Below, one piece after another: positions 41,761-53,990 of a DNA stretch of 64,000 nucleotides. Within the stretch, counting starts at the first letter, position 1, and each line of letters begins with the position of its first letter. The notes below the pieces were generated by a model that was not told where the DNA came from, did no database searches, and saw only the letters and a list, made by a program, of their open reading frames with translations. Both the position numbers and the translations under genes were made by a program. Source of the stretch: Eukaryota sp. GEM-RC1 (Eukaryota). The stretch lies in contig JAUFOQ010000003.1 in assembly GCA_040285855.1 (NCBI GenBank), forward strand, positions 1 to 64,000. Reading direction: 5' to 3'.

Positions 41761-41879
41761 AATAATCATAAAAATCAGTCATGTATAACACTAATGCATC
41801 GATATCCTTCTGCACAAGTAAAGTATGTAAACGTTCCTCTAAGAGCATCTTATTTCTGTGATTACTGATTCAAAAGGAC

Positions 41880-42190
41880 AACAGAATCAACATCAGGATC
41901 AATTACAATGTAAGTGTCATCAAGGTAAGCTGCACAAGAACAAAATAAACAGAAAAAATCAACATAACTAGGTCAGAAATTAAACCAGGTAAACTTTCCG
42001 TACATGTTCGACTTACGTGATTCAGCATGAGCCTACTCATAGTCAGAAAGATGACCATTCCTCCCAACAACTGCCACATCCAAGCCAAGTTTAGACTTGG
42101 GATCAAACAAGTTAACGACTCCGTGAGCAGCACCAAGCTCCAACTTAAACTCAACAGCAAGAGAAGAGTGTTTGGTTGTTTCGTTTGGGA
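41880..42190 (-). mobile_element. Family A mosaic fragment (REL joined to the YLDD segment)
   Basis: AVEFKLELGAAHGVVNLFDPKSKLGLDVAVVG matches 11440-11660. Confidence 0.85.
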
Positions 42191-43014
42191 AGCTGTAGAA
42201 GAAGATGAACTGGTATGTACCTTTTGCAACCACACTAGGAGTTAATGGGATTTTTATTTGTTCAAAATGTTTGCTGAATGGTTTCCTTGGTTTAACATCA
42301 AATACTTCTTCCGAAAACAATACTTTCAATTTAATATGAAAAGATATTTTTAATAATATCTAATTTCGGAAAGAATTTTTTATTTTGTTTATTTTCAACC
42401 ATATCTGTTCATGACACCAACAACCCTGCTGTCATGACGTAATGGTGTCATGACATTCATAATTACACCTATGGTTGGAATATAGAGACTATTCTTACCA
42501 GGTTCAACAAAATACAGATACTGCTTAATGCAGTTGTGTTCCAAAACAATTGGTTATTCACTCCTCTGTTGATTATTAAAATTTAAAATTAATAGTTAAA
42601 GCTTTTACTATTAATTTTTAATTTTTATTCTTTTAAATCAAAAATGTTGAAACACTATCTTGTTGAACGATTTAAGGATGTTACGTATGTCATGACATAA
42701 GTTGCTAATTTGTCATGATGTCATGGGTAGCTGTGTTTTTAACATTTTTTATATAAAGATTACTTTCTAAAGATCTGTCATTTAGTGGTTCTATTCAGTA
42801 GAAAAAGTAACTTTCGATACTCAGAATTTCTTCTTGATTATAATGACTTATTTTAAATTGTATTCATATTCTTAAAGTGACACGGAAATGTTTACATCAA
42901 CTTACCTTGTTCTAACACAGTTATGTACTCTTTCTTACCAATTCTCGTCTTATTTGTGGTAGAATGAATGACCATGTTAACAATTGGTAACTACCTTTTC
43001 ATTGATTTAATCAG

Positions 43015-43400
43015 ACTTGGTTCCGCGTCCCTCAAAGGAAGAGATTGCGATGCAAAGGAAGTATCTAGGGAAGAGAGAAAAGAGGAAGAATGTTTGGGAT
43101 CAGAAAGTTGAACATCTGGATAACAAGTATCCGACCTACGAACTCATCACCAGAAGCAGAAGAGACAGAAGGAACAGTTAAAGCATTAACAGAAGAAGGA
43201 GGAGGTTTCTTCTATTTAGATGATGAAGGTTTCTTCTTGATAGCACCTGAAGGAGGATCCGAGGACTTGTCGAGAAGCTTCTCTGAAGAAGAAGCCAAAG
43301 GAGAGAACGCGTTTCTTTCTTCAAAAAATCCATGTATGGTTGATACCTGGCTCGGATAAGTACCGTGAGCTAACACGGTAAAAAAAATTCCGAAATAGCT
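43015..43400 (-). mobile_element. Family A 5'-end fragment with a possible structured 5'UTR
   Basis: LASSSEKLLDKSSDPPSGAIKKKPSSSK matches the N-terminus at 8700-8830; upstream hairpin accgtg/cacggt. Confidence 0.75.
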
Positions 43401-43419
43401 ATTGGACGAATACAACCGT

Positions 43420-43775
43420 TGGGTTTCTTAAGAGATATGATTTTAGAACATCAAACAGTAGGTGAAAGAACATTCAAGAACGTGTTCAACTGTCAGAATT
43501 GTTGATAATACCTTCAAAAATGTATTTCATAACATTGAGAAATGAATGAGAAGGTTTTTTAGTGAAAAGTGAAAGGCCTCAACCTGACAAAGCACATGAT
43601 GAACCTTTTGGATATTTCGAAATTAGTAAAGAGACTTCTTTAATATCAAGAACAATGAGCTTGTTGTTGTGAACTAAGCCAAGATTTTTTTCATGAAGAT
43701 GAAGTGCAAATAAATTCTGAAAAGTCTCTTCATCATTCGCAGCAATTGAATCAGGCTTAAAAGTCAAAGCATCAA
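43420..43775 (-). mobile_element. Non-LTR pre-RT fragment (another family)
   Basis: AFDALT...LH...YPKGSSCALSG parallels family A KAFDVLL...LHP...YPKGSAGGPFG. Confidence 0.7.
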
Positions 43776-44135
43776 AGGCTTAGTTAGTAGTTTTTATTAT
43801 AATAAAAGTAATAAATACATGGAAAAATTAGGGGAAATACCTAAACAACTAATAATCCATTTTTCACTAACAGAATTACATATATTTTAATACGTATTCT
43901 TGGAACGAACACTTCCTTTAACAATTTCACAAGAAACTTCATCAAGAATCTGGGTATAACCAAATTTCTTCAAAGTTTGAAAAGTTTCTTGGAAAATTCC
44001 ACCATGTACGGTAAATACAAGTGGAATTAAATCATTAGTTAATTTCAAGTCTTTTACCACCTTGTACTTTTTGATTTTTTTATTGGCGTAGCTACAATGA
44101 GAGACCACAAGCGAACACTGAGTGCTGCATTCTTT
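43773..44135 (+). pseudogene. Interrupted partial 5S rRNA pseudogene
   Basis: caaaggcttagttagtagttt (43773-43793) and gagaccacaagcgaacactgagtgctgcattctttt (44101 onward) both match the array 5S exactly. Confidence 0.85.
43794..44097 (-). mobile_element. 5'-truncated REL-type non-LTR element inserted antisense in a 5S pseudogene
   Basis: KKIKKY...PLVFTVHGGIF C-terminus, 3'UTR ending AATAAA; flanked by two consecutive parts of the 5S sequence. Confidence 0.75.
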
Positions 44136-44810
44136 TGTTTGTTATTGGGTAGTTATTTACGTGATGTGGCGTTGAAAATGTTGAAAACTTAGTACATCTG
44201 TAGAATAAATGAATGTTAAATTGAACTAGTTGTTCTACAATTAATAACACACATACAGTATCACTAGTATAATCAAAAAGCAAAAGATTTAAATTCAACT
44301 AATATGGTTGTAAAACATTAGTAATACTTCAAATAAACATTAATAATTCCACTTATATCAGATACACCAATTTTACACTGACCATGTGTAACTTCAACCA
44401 GCAGTACACACACGACACTATCCATTATGCATGTATAAACACAAAAACAAAAGGCAATGTAGTAAGTAGAACCAATATTGAGCTTAAATCTTAGTACCAA
44501 TCAAAATTGTTTGATTGTGATATATACCTATATGTATCGCTATTTGGTCTATTAGGATCCAAAAACCATATCCATCAACTCCAACTCAACGATTTACAAC
44601 ACAATTACACACATTAAAGTTCTAAAAACAGAAATCAAACGTATTGAATTTTAAATTTTTACATCCACCACACTAAACAACATCACTTTCTAAACCACTA
44701 TATAATGATTAAAAGAAGTGCTCAAGTGACTCATTTTTAAATACCAAAATACTCATTATATACCAAACATTGACAACTTGACTTGAACAAACCTAATTTG
44801 AAATACATAT
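44136..44810 (+). repeat. Diverged orphan copy of the rDNA spacer downstream of 5S, inverted relative to the array
   Basis: Reverse complement of about 1630-2325 with many substitutions. Confidence 0.9.
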
Positions 44811-45201
44811 TTGTTCATTATAACTTTGTATGATATTGTTGAATTGGTACCTGTCAAAAATCAAATGAAGGTAATCTAATTGGACTGCAGCAACCAAAGA
44901 TTCTTTTTGTTGATACAACAACACCAATAACAACAGCTATATCTATATATGATCTCATGTTTATAATTATTCAACAAATTATACACAATCCCAACTGTTG
45001 ACTCGATATAAACAGAATCTCTTTAAAAAAGTATAAGGTGCCTAGAGTTTGTAGAACTTAGATAGGTGAAATTGTATGTAGATCAAATCTTTGGTTTTCC
45101 TTTGTCCCATTTGCGATTTGACACTATTTGACAACAGTAAATGAGTGCCTCACATAAATAACATATAACAACTAGTCTTGTCAAAAGAGGGGAAAGTAAT
45201 A

Positions 45202-45299
45202 TGTTAGCCAAAGGTATAAGTATGGTTACGTAGTCAGTTATTTCACTTTATAAACACCTTTTACCTTCCCCCATTCTTTACCCATACCTTCTGGTATCA
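45202..45299 (+). repeat. 5' LTR
   Basis: TGTTAGCC...GGTATCA, identical to 51905-52002. Confidence 0.95.
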
Positions 45300-45771
45300 A
45301 TAATTATTGTCTGTTTGTTATGGTTAAAAGAAGACCCGTTCCCGTTCCCAGCTCTTCCAGTGAAGAGTCTGAATCTAACTCCAGCTCAGAGTCATGCTCT
45401 GACAGCTCATCCGATGTAAGTCCTTCGGGCATTCGAAGTCCCCCACCCAGTGGCGAATAGTGGATCCCCCACCTAGTGGCGGTGAAACTAATGGTGTAAG
45501 TCCCCCAAGTCCTGGCGGCATCAAGGATGGTGTAAGACCCCCAGTCTATAAGGCTGGCGGCAATCAAAGGAATGTTCTTCCTGCTCTCGACGTTGAAAGG
45601 TTGTTGAGCAAGTTCACTCCTGCGGAAGGAGTCTCCTCCAATGCGTAGCTTCAACAAGAAGGACCCATTGTAGTACGAAATGGACCTCCTCCTTCCTTTC
45701 CTCCTTCAAATAGTAGTTCTTCAAATAGTTCAATTGCTCATAATAAAGAGAATGTTTTAGTAGATGATAGT

Positions 45772-47709
45772 ATGGACACAGTAGTTCCTCCAGAGAGGGA
45801 TCCTGCTGTAGTTAGGGCAATTCAAGTTTTACAAGAATCCTTAACTAGAGAAAAGACCATGAGAGCCGAAGCAGAGAAGAAGCTTCGTGTTGAACAGGAA
45901 CAACAAGCTTTACGTATGCGTATGTCTCCTGAAGATCGCGCTCGCGAAGTAGAAAGACTTGTTGAGTCTAACGGTATAGGTTTCCATCGAGACGCTATAC
46001 CCGACAGACTAATCCCATGGGTAACCCCACATGATCAGAACGTTTCAATCTCTGATGCTGACATGTGGCTCCTTGCGAAATTCCGTCCATGGCATCCAGT
46101 CATCAGGAACCGCATGCCACCAAGTAGTCATTACTTGCTGAGGAACGTTCCACCTGGTATCAATCCTTCCCTAATCGAACAATTCTTAGGTGGGTTATAC
46201 AACAGGGATGCTGGAGACACGTACCGTTTCCCCTCAGACAGTTCCTGGGATCCAAGACATGGTATCATCATTGAGCCCCTCGAACCCAAATTCAGCTCTG
46301 ACGGCCTAAATGTTACGTATGAGTATACTGCGTGGTATCAACACTGCCTTAACAACCAGTCCCAGATCTACCACAACGTTGCTATTAGTACTAAATGGTT
46401 ATCTCCTAACCACAAGTACTCCCATCTGCCAGTGTCTTCTTTCCGTGATGGCAATTCTAGGTTAGAAGCCCCCGATGTCGACTCTACTCGAATTATACCC
46501 TTCAAGGGTATTGGTGGTTCCCAGAGAGTTCTCCCACTTGCAGCTGGTGCTCTAAGTGAGGTTGGAACTGTAACGCCTAACCAAGACGAGCTAAGCCGAA
46601 CTGAACGCCTTACTCCTGTAACTCCTGGTGAGGTAGAACATCCTGAAGTCGTCGATAGATTTTCAATTGACGATGAAGGCTTCAGGTCCAGAAATGACGA
46701 ATCAACCGCCAAATTCGACGAAGAGAAAGCTAGTACGCGCTACTTAGCCCGTATGGAGCATGAGAATGTGTACCGCAAACCAGCCGCTTTCGCCCAAGGT
46801 CACAACAATGCCGATTCATCAGTAATCCACAAAGATGACCTGCTGAAAGCTAGAAAAGAACGTGCTGCTAGAGTGATTGCCAAAGCCAAACAGAAACGAT
46901 TGGATGCAGAACATCAATCAAAATTGATAGCCGATCTGTCACCTTCCATTGAAGATCACATTGACCTATCAAGCTCATCCTCTGAAGACGAACGTCGTGC
47001 TAACGTCCTTCATGATACTCCGATCCTTTCTTCTGGTGTTACTCAAAAGATTAAGAAGAAGTCCAAGAAAGATTCCAAGAAGAACTGTCCGTTTCTCAAG
47101 AACGATGAACGGTCTGAAGTAGTGTCCTTCTTGCATGATTTCAGCCATTGGGCGGTGCACAAACGAAAACAGCAAGAACACAAAAGTTTCGACACTTGGC
47201 TTGGTTACCCGCGAAATAAGTTTGATTTTGCTAGAACAGCCTTGTGTGAGGTGGACCCAGAAGGGGTAAGCGAGTTCATCGATCAGACAACTCTCTCCAC
47301 CTGGAGGATGATGGATACAATCACCGACAGTAATAGTACTGCTGTTCTTGAACAATCCATCTGGCGGTTGTTAGTGGACAAGAGTCAATACTCTTCTACC
47401 ACTGCAGCCTCGAATGCCATAAGAGCTGTACGCTTAGGCAGAGCCAAAGACCCCCTTGAATGCATCGAGAAGTATCTCTGCAACATCATCGTAGTGCTGA
47501 AGTGTTCTATGGCCATTCCATCCCTCTCAAGTGATTCTGCCCAAAGAGAGCATCTTCATGCTTCCACTGTCGCTGATGTGGTCTTGTCCACGTTAAACCC
47601 CAATCAGGATATTGTACCTCTGAATGAGCTACATGTTCGTTGGGACCAACAACTGAAGACGGATGATAGCCTCCTCCCTCAATTCTTTAACGAAGTCAAA
47701 GGTATCTAG
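45772..47709 (+). CDS. gag: Gag-like ORF (probably extends from about 45320 to the CCHC knuckle at 47873-47914, with disruptions)
   Basis: 645-aa ORF between the LTR and pol; downstream CFNCGIPGHLSSEC zinc knuckle. Confidence 0.7.
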   Translation: MDTVVPPERDPAVVRAIQVLQESLTREKTMRAEAEKKLRVEQEQQALRMRMSPEDRAREVERLVESNGIGFHRDAIPDRLIPWVTPHDQNVSISDADMWLLAKFRPWHPVIRNRMPPSSHYLLRNVPPGINPSLIEQFLGGLYNRDAGDTYRFPSDSSWDPRHGIIIEPLEPKFSSDGLNVTYEYTAWYQHCLNNQSQIYHNVAISTKWLSPNHKYSHLPVSSFRDGNSRLEAPDVDSTRIIPFKGIGGSQRVLPLAAGALSEVGTVTPNQDELSRTERLTPVTPGEVEHPEVVDRFSIDDEGFRSRNDESTAKFDEEKASTRYLARMEHENVYRKPAAFAQGHNNADSSVIHKDDLLKARKERAARVIAKAKQKRLDAEHQSKLIADLSPSIEDHIDLSSSSSEDERRANVLHDTPILSSGVTQKIKKKSKKDSKKNCPFLKNDERSEVVSFLHDFSHWAVHKRKQQEHKSFDTWLGYPRNKFDFARTALCEVDPEGVSEFIDQTTLSTWRMMDTITDSNSTAVLEQSIWRLLVDKSQYSSTTAASNAIRAVRLGRAKDPLECIEKYLCNIIVVLKCSMAIPSLSSDSAQREHLHASTVADVVLSTLNPNQDIVPLNELHVRWDQQLKTDDSLLPQFFNEVKGI

Positions 47710-48097
47710 CTGACCTACAAACGATCCACTGCTGTAGCTCCTTCGCCTGCCTCCCGTAATCTCCCCTGCTAAAGGTAGACAAGATTTCCCAAGAAAACGT
47801 GGCCTCCACCCTAGAAACTATGGTCCCAAATTTGGTAGACCCCAGTCTCAAGATGATAAGTCCCCAATTAAATGTTTCAATTGCGGCATCCCCGGTCATC
47901 TCTCGTCTGAATGCTGTCGTGGCAAATTCAGTGCTCTGACTCCTAGGGACTCTAATGGAAAGCCCTTAAAACGTAGGTCAGGTGATAGTGATAGCAATAG
48001 AGGTCGACCAAATCGTCCTAATAATTTTAATAAATCAAATAATTACATTGTTCAGATTTCAAAGTTACAATCTATACATCCTACACCGACAAAGTAC

Positions 48098-51000
48098 ATG
48101 AACCCATTGGCTGCTTTGAACACACATTCAAGCAAGGGTAGAAGTACATCATCTGTTGAAACAATTCGGAGTCTCAACCAGAACTTAGGGATCGAGTCAA
48201 AGGATAACGGTTCCTTGTGTATTCGATTGTTAATTAACAATGTGCCAGTGACTGGTGAGTTTGATTCGGCAGCTTCGTGCTCAGTCATATCCCAAGATTT
48301 GATTCGTCACTGTGAGATGACAACGATTGACAGTTGTATTGACTACATCTCTGCGCATAATATTCGTGCAACATCCTTAGGTAGTGCAGTAGGTGTTCTG
48401 ACGTTCAACGTTGGCAGCCTAGCTAACCAGATTCATGTTAAGCACACTCTCCCCGTAGTACCTGGTACCAAAATTCTACTGATTGGCAGAGATTTGCAAG
48501 AAGAACTGGGGTTGCTAACGGATGATGGTCTAGTCATCAGATTAGATAAAGAGCATCGCACAATTCTCAATGCAGAGAGTGCATTCGATGGTAGAATGAA
48601 ATCACCATGCGAATCGATCAATAGTGTTCAATCAAATTCCTCAACAATAAATAATTTAAATATTGATCTGTACGGCAACACTCAAACTGACATCAGTTTA
48701 TTTGAAGAGACCATTGACAACTCTGGTTGTTCGATAGAATTGGATGATCCTAATAGAAGAAAGGAGCTTCTGAGCCTACTCAGTAAATACAAACAGGTGT
48801 TCTCTGAAGAGATACATCCAGATGGTATCGATTGTCCACCGATGACCATTCCGTTTTACGATGAATCTGTCACTGTATTTCGTCCTCCTAGAAGGCTTAA
48901 CCCTGAAAAACAGCGTATAGCCGAAGAAATTTTTAACGAACTTATACGACAAGGATGGGCTGTACCATCGACTGGTAAGTTCAGTAGTCCCATTGTGCTC
49001 GTTGTTTATAACGACCACAAAAAGAAGCCTCGTTTGACTGGTGACTTCAGTGGACCAGACGGGATTAACGCTAATACCAGACCGGTGAAACCAAACTTAC
49101 CTCGGATCTGTGATGTTCTAGAGTTCCTTTCGAAAGCAAATTTTATTGGAACACTCGACCTTCCTAAAGCATTCTGGCAGCTAAATGTAGCTGAGGACGA
49201 TGTTGAGAAGACCAGTGTGTCTATACCTGGAATGTCAATTAGCTTCAAACAAGCATGTTTTGGTTTGAAAAACGTACCAGCGATTTTCCAAAACATCATG
49301 ATGGAAATATTCGATGTGGAAGGTGTATTCATTTATATAGACGATATAATTGTAGTAGGTGACACTTTCGAACAGTTTATTTCAAGAATAAATCTAGTAC
49401 TGGAACGAGCAGAACGTTTTAGAGTACGGATTGGATTACGGAAGTGTAGGTTCACCACTTCCAAACATCCTAATAAGATTCTGGGCAGCAATTTTTGCAA
49501 CAAAACCCGTAGCATTGATGAGAAAAGAGTTTCGGCCTTGATTGAGCTTTCAGCTCCTTCAACATTACCCGGGGTAAGAAGTTTACTTGGCGCATTAAAT
49601 TATGTTCGCGAATGGATCCCGAATTATTCAAATTTGACTGCTGCAATCAATGAACTCACTCGCGGAAAACCAAAGAAGATTCTTTGGACTAAAGACCATG
49701 ATGCTTTACTCGCACAACTCAAGTCCGAGATACTAAACCACATGGCATTGGACTTACCTGATACTGATAAAAATATTATCATATCAACTGATGCATCCGA
49801 CATTGCTGTTGGTGGTGTGATCTGGCAGGAAGAAAATCCCCCAGCTCCTCCAGGTACTCCGTTAGAAGAACGTAGAGTCAGACCTGTGTCTTTTTATAGC
49901 CGTTTACTCAATGATAGTCAACAGAATTCGGCAACTATCCAGAAAGAGTTGTACGCCATTCTCTTGATTCTGACCGAATCTAGTTTAGAAGGTTTCTTGT
50001 TAAGTAGGCACTTGACGATCTTCACTGATCATAGGAACCTTGCCTATCTAATATCAGCTCCAGAGAAGAATCGCATTGTGAAACGATGGATTCCCATTTT
50101 ATCTGAGTTTGATTTTGAGATAGTGCACGTAGCTGGTACAAACAATCACTGGGCTGACATTTTGTCACGTGTCATTGACCGACGTCCAGTTGAATCAATC
50201 AAATCTTTGATGATCTCAAATCTGTCCATCAAAAATGATATAACCCTTTGTCACGAAGGCTTACGCTATGATGATGCAGATTATTTTGAGATGCTCCCAC
50301 GTAACACCAACGTGCTAGCTATCAAGTGTCTTCGTGACCTCTCATCTGACAATAAAATCCCTTTATTTGATTCTTGGCTATCAACCATCAGGTTGGAACA
50401 ACGTAAAGCGATAGAACAAGGAGAACATCTGTTCACTGACGCGACTTTGTGTACAACGAGCAACGTTTACATAAACTCTAAGAACAAGATATTGATTCCA
50501 TCCAGTTTGGTAAAGAAGGTTCTTTACATGCTGCATGGATTAGTCCAGTCAGGACATCCAAACAAGAAACAAAGTTTGGACACACTGTGCAATAGTGGTT
50601 ACTTTTGGCCAAGTATGAAAGCTGACATGAAGAAACATGTTGAGCAATGTCCCTCGTGTCAAAAAAACGGCACCTGTTCCCAAAAAGATTATTGAATCAA
50701 CGGGTTCCTTGTGGGCTGACAGACCTTTTGCTAGACTCAACGTCGACACAATTGGTCCACTTCCAAAAGATCAGAGTGGAAACCAATACCTCTTGGTGTT
50801 TGTAGATTCTTTCACCAGATACACCATTCTGAGCCCCCTCGAAGAACTCAACAGTAAAGAAGTAGCATATTGTCTTGTATGGGATGTAATTGCTATCTTC
50901 GGAATACCGTTGTGTATCCATAGTGATAATGGTACGGAGTTTGCCAATGCTATTTTCGAGGCAGTTTGTAACCTACTGGCGATTGAAGTAAGTCGTTCGA

Positions 51001-51904
51001 TTCCTCATTTCTCGCAGAGTAATGTGCTGGTGGAACGACGTCACAGAGACGTTCTGCAGAGCCTACGTCGTCTCCTAGTGGACTTCAATGATTACGACAA
51101 TTGGTCAACGTACATTCCAACTGTACAGTTGCAAATCAACGCAACAAAGAGCTCTGTTACTGGGCATACTCCCTACGAACTGATGTTCGGTAGCGATTTA
51201 AGTCCCGGTGCAGATCCTAGTGGTTTACTAGATGCTGTTGAGAAATCATCAAAGAATGTTCCGTTTATTGACGACATTAAAATGAAACTAGATCGACTAA
51301 CAAAAAGAGAGAAGATGCAGAGATTCGACAATCGTCAGTCAAGCCCAAGAAGAATTCTGAGTCTAGTCAATCATTTAAGATTGGAGATCTTGTCTTGAAA
51401 GTCTCAAAAACTAGTAAGCTCCACGGTAATTACTCTGGGCCTTTTCTAGTGGTATCAATCGATTCGAAGTCGTCAATGTCTTTGAAGAATCTGATCACTG
51501 GTCATGTTAGTAAGAATAGCATGCATCAATGCAAGATCTTTCAATCAGATCTTCCAGCTGATCATGACATCCATAGAGCAATTGCCTCTGGAGATTCTGA
51601 AGAACACATCGTGGTTAAGATCCTGGATAGGTTTAATACACCCGATGGTGAGTATTGTACGGTCCTCTGGTTTGGTGGCGATACCTCATCAGTTCCCACT
51701 AAAGACATCAAGAACACCAAGGCCTACAGTGAATTTGTAAAATTAGAAAATGTAGATTTATTTCATAGTAATAGTAAAATTAAGACTAGTAACAAGAAGC
51801 CTAAGCTTAAACGTACCTCAAGCAAGAAGAGCAATCCTAAGTCACCCAACGTTAAGATACCTGTGGCTAAGAGAACAAGGAGCTCGAAAGAAGAGAAGAG
51901 GTAA
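48098..51904 (+). CDS. pol: Pol polyprotein: protease, RT, RNase H, integrase, chromodomain-like tail; frameshifts near 50660 and 51310-51395
   Basis: FDSAASCS; LDLPKAFWQ, FGLKNVPA, YIDD; TDASD; H..GH...CPSC, VDTIGP, HSDNGTEF, VERRH, GPFLV; EHIVVKILD...VLWFG. Confidence 0.92.
51886..51901 (+). promoter_or_regulatory. Polypurine tract
   Basis: gaaagaagagaagagg, 3 nt before the 3' LTR. Confidence 0.8.
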
Positions 51905-52002
51905 TGTTAGCCAAAGGTATAAGTATGGTTACGTAGTCAGTTATTTCACTTTATAAACACCTTTTACCTTCCCCCATTCTTTACCCATACCTTCTGGTAT
52001 CA
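51905..52002 (+). repeat. 3' LTR
   Basis: Identical to the 5' LTR. Confidence 0.95.
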
Positions 52003-52319
52003 AATAAGAACAAAAGTTACATGTGTTATATTATGATAACATTTTAGAGTTTATGAAAACTTTAAATGTTTTAATCTTGTTTGTGGTGACCACATGACGT
52101 CATGCCCAAGTAAAAAATCGAAATAAAATTGATAACTGCTTAACATATCAATATTCATATCCATTTTTATGGATCCTCTCTCCATTTTTTTTTCTCCTTT
52201 CAATGGCATGATCCAACTTTTCAGTTCTTTCTTGAAAGTGATCGTCGATATCCATGGTTTTCGTAGATCTGGTTGCCAGTTGTTCTTTGGCTATGAACTT
52301 TAGTAGACCTTACACTATT

Positions 52320-52755
52320 CTTTCAATATTTGACGATCGAGAATTCTGCTCGCTACTATCACAACACAGTTTCAAGTTATCTCAGTGCCATGATTCATGG
52401 TGTTCAATAATTTACTTCTTCTGAGCCCTGCTTTCTTTTCCTCTTCGGTGATGTATCCACAAGTTTACAAATCTCGAATAGACAACTTAGACTTATTTCC
52501 CAGATAAGTCCTATAAAACGAAAGCCAAGGCTCTACAGAACGCCATGCCCACTCATACTCAACAAGTATCTCAACTAGATCCACTTTCAACCTACTCTCT
52601 ATTCTTTAACTGGTTCTAGATGTCAGAACTCTTGCACTCATTGTATGTCTCCAAGTCTTCTCAACGTGGTACCTACCATTGTATCTAGAGCGGGAAGAAC
52701 AGACTCAATAGGTTGTATGTGCTCTCAACTTAACGATCAGGATTCTTTGAACTAT
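52320..52755. repeat. Dispersed repeat, inverted diverged copy of about 63145-63620
   Basis: Shared RAGRxxSIGCxCSQLNDQD translation and colinear nucleotide similarity. Confidence 0.8.
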
Positions 52756-53479
52756 CAAGTGGTCTTCTGGTTTATGTATGGGTTAGAAGGTTATAGCATG
52801 GGAAATGTACTGAAATTAAGGTGGTTTATGATGGTAGTTACTAATAATATACTTAGACTCGGTAGAGAAAACAGAGATCGCAACCCTTACAGTCTTCAAA
52901 ATCCGAAAGATTTTTCTCCGGAATAAACACCCAATTTTTGTGTATTTCATACATTCTTTAAATCTGACCTTAATTTATGCTATCAGAATAATTAGGCACC
53001 CCTCCAACCATAGTTGAGAAATACACTTTTTCCATTTTTTCCATTTTTTGTATTTTTTAAACTCAATTTAAATACTGTTTTGGTATTTTTAGTTTTTTTA
53101 GGAAGTTCATTTTTGACTAGTCATTCGTCCTGAATTATGCTCATTTCTGTAATCATAATAACTATTCAATCAATAATCAGTAACATTGTTTGTGTGTCGA
53201 ACATGACCAAAATACACAATCATAGACACCAAAATGGAGACAGGTAAACTATGCAAATGATAAACACTCCATTTAGGTGGTAAATCAGAAATACTTTAAT
53301 TTTTTAAGGTTTTTCCCCAAAAACCACCATAAAATTAACCAAATTTCTTTTCCACCATCACACTTTTTTTTCCACCATTTTAATATAAACGATAGGATTA
53401 GAAATGATCATAGCAGACATTGATTGGTGATATTAAGATGCAATTCTATTACTTCTACAAAAGAAAAGTTACAAAATAT

Positions 53480-53990
53480 CACTATGTTAGATATTTGCAT
53501 TTATGTCCTTTACATGCTAATCTATCTGATCAGCCAAAAGTTGATAGAAGTCGTAGTGATTTGATTGGTCCTTGGTTATCTTGTCAGGAAATTATCATGG
53601 ATTTCACGACTGTTGATCCTTGTAACTCAAGATCAATTTCCAAAATTTTTGATGATGGTTTTGTCTGCTCTTGAAGTGGCGGAAAAGGAAAAATACAAAG
53701 TACTGTCACTTAATTAACCAATTGAATGTTGACAGGTACAATTCTTTTGTGTTTCAACCTTTGCGATGTCGTTATACTGTAATATTGGACCAGCTGCAAG
53801 GTTTTTTAACTTCATTTGGTAAATTGTGTTCTGAGTATGGTAAAGTTTTCAATGAAAATTTTTGGTTGAGTAGGTTAACGTTTGCGTTGTTTCGTTCAAT
53901 GCACAGATATTTTAATTCCATTTTAGGTAAATTGTTCGGTGATGGACAGAAGGATCATAGTTTAGATACTTTAGTTAGTGTCTGTTAGTT
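53480..53990 (+). mobile_element. REL endonuclease C-terminal fragment of a further non-LTR family
   Basis: RSDLIGPW...MDFTTVDPC...K..KY...FGK pattern. Confidence 0.6.

Larger units (their letters stand above)
45202..52002 (+). mobile_element. Ty3/Gypsy LTR retrotransposon, 6.8 kb
   Basis: Identical 98-bp TG...CA LTRs, 4-bp TSD AATA (45198-45201 and 52003-52006), PR-RT-RH-IN domain order. Confidence 0.95.
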
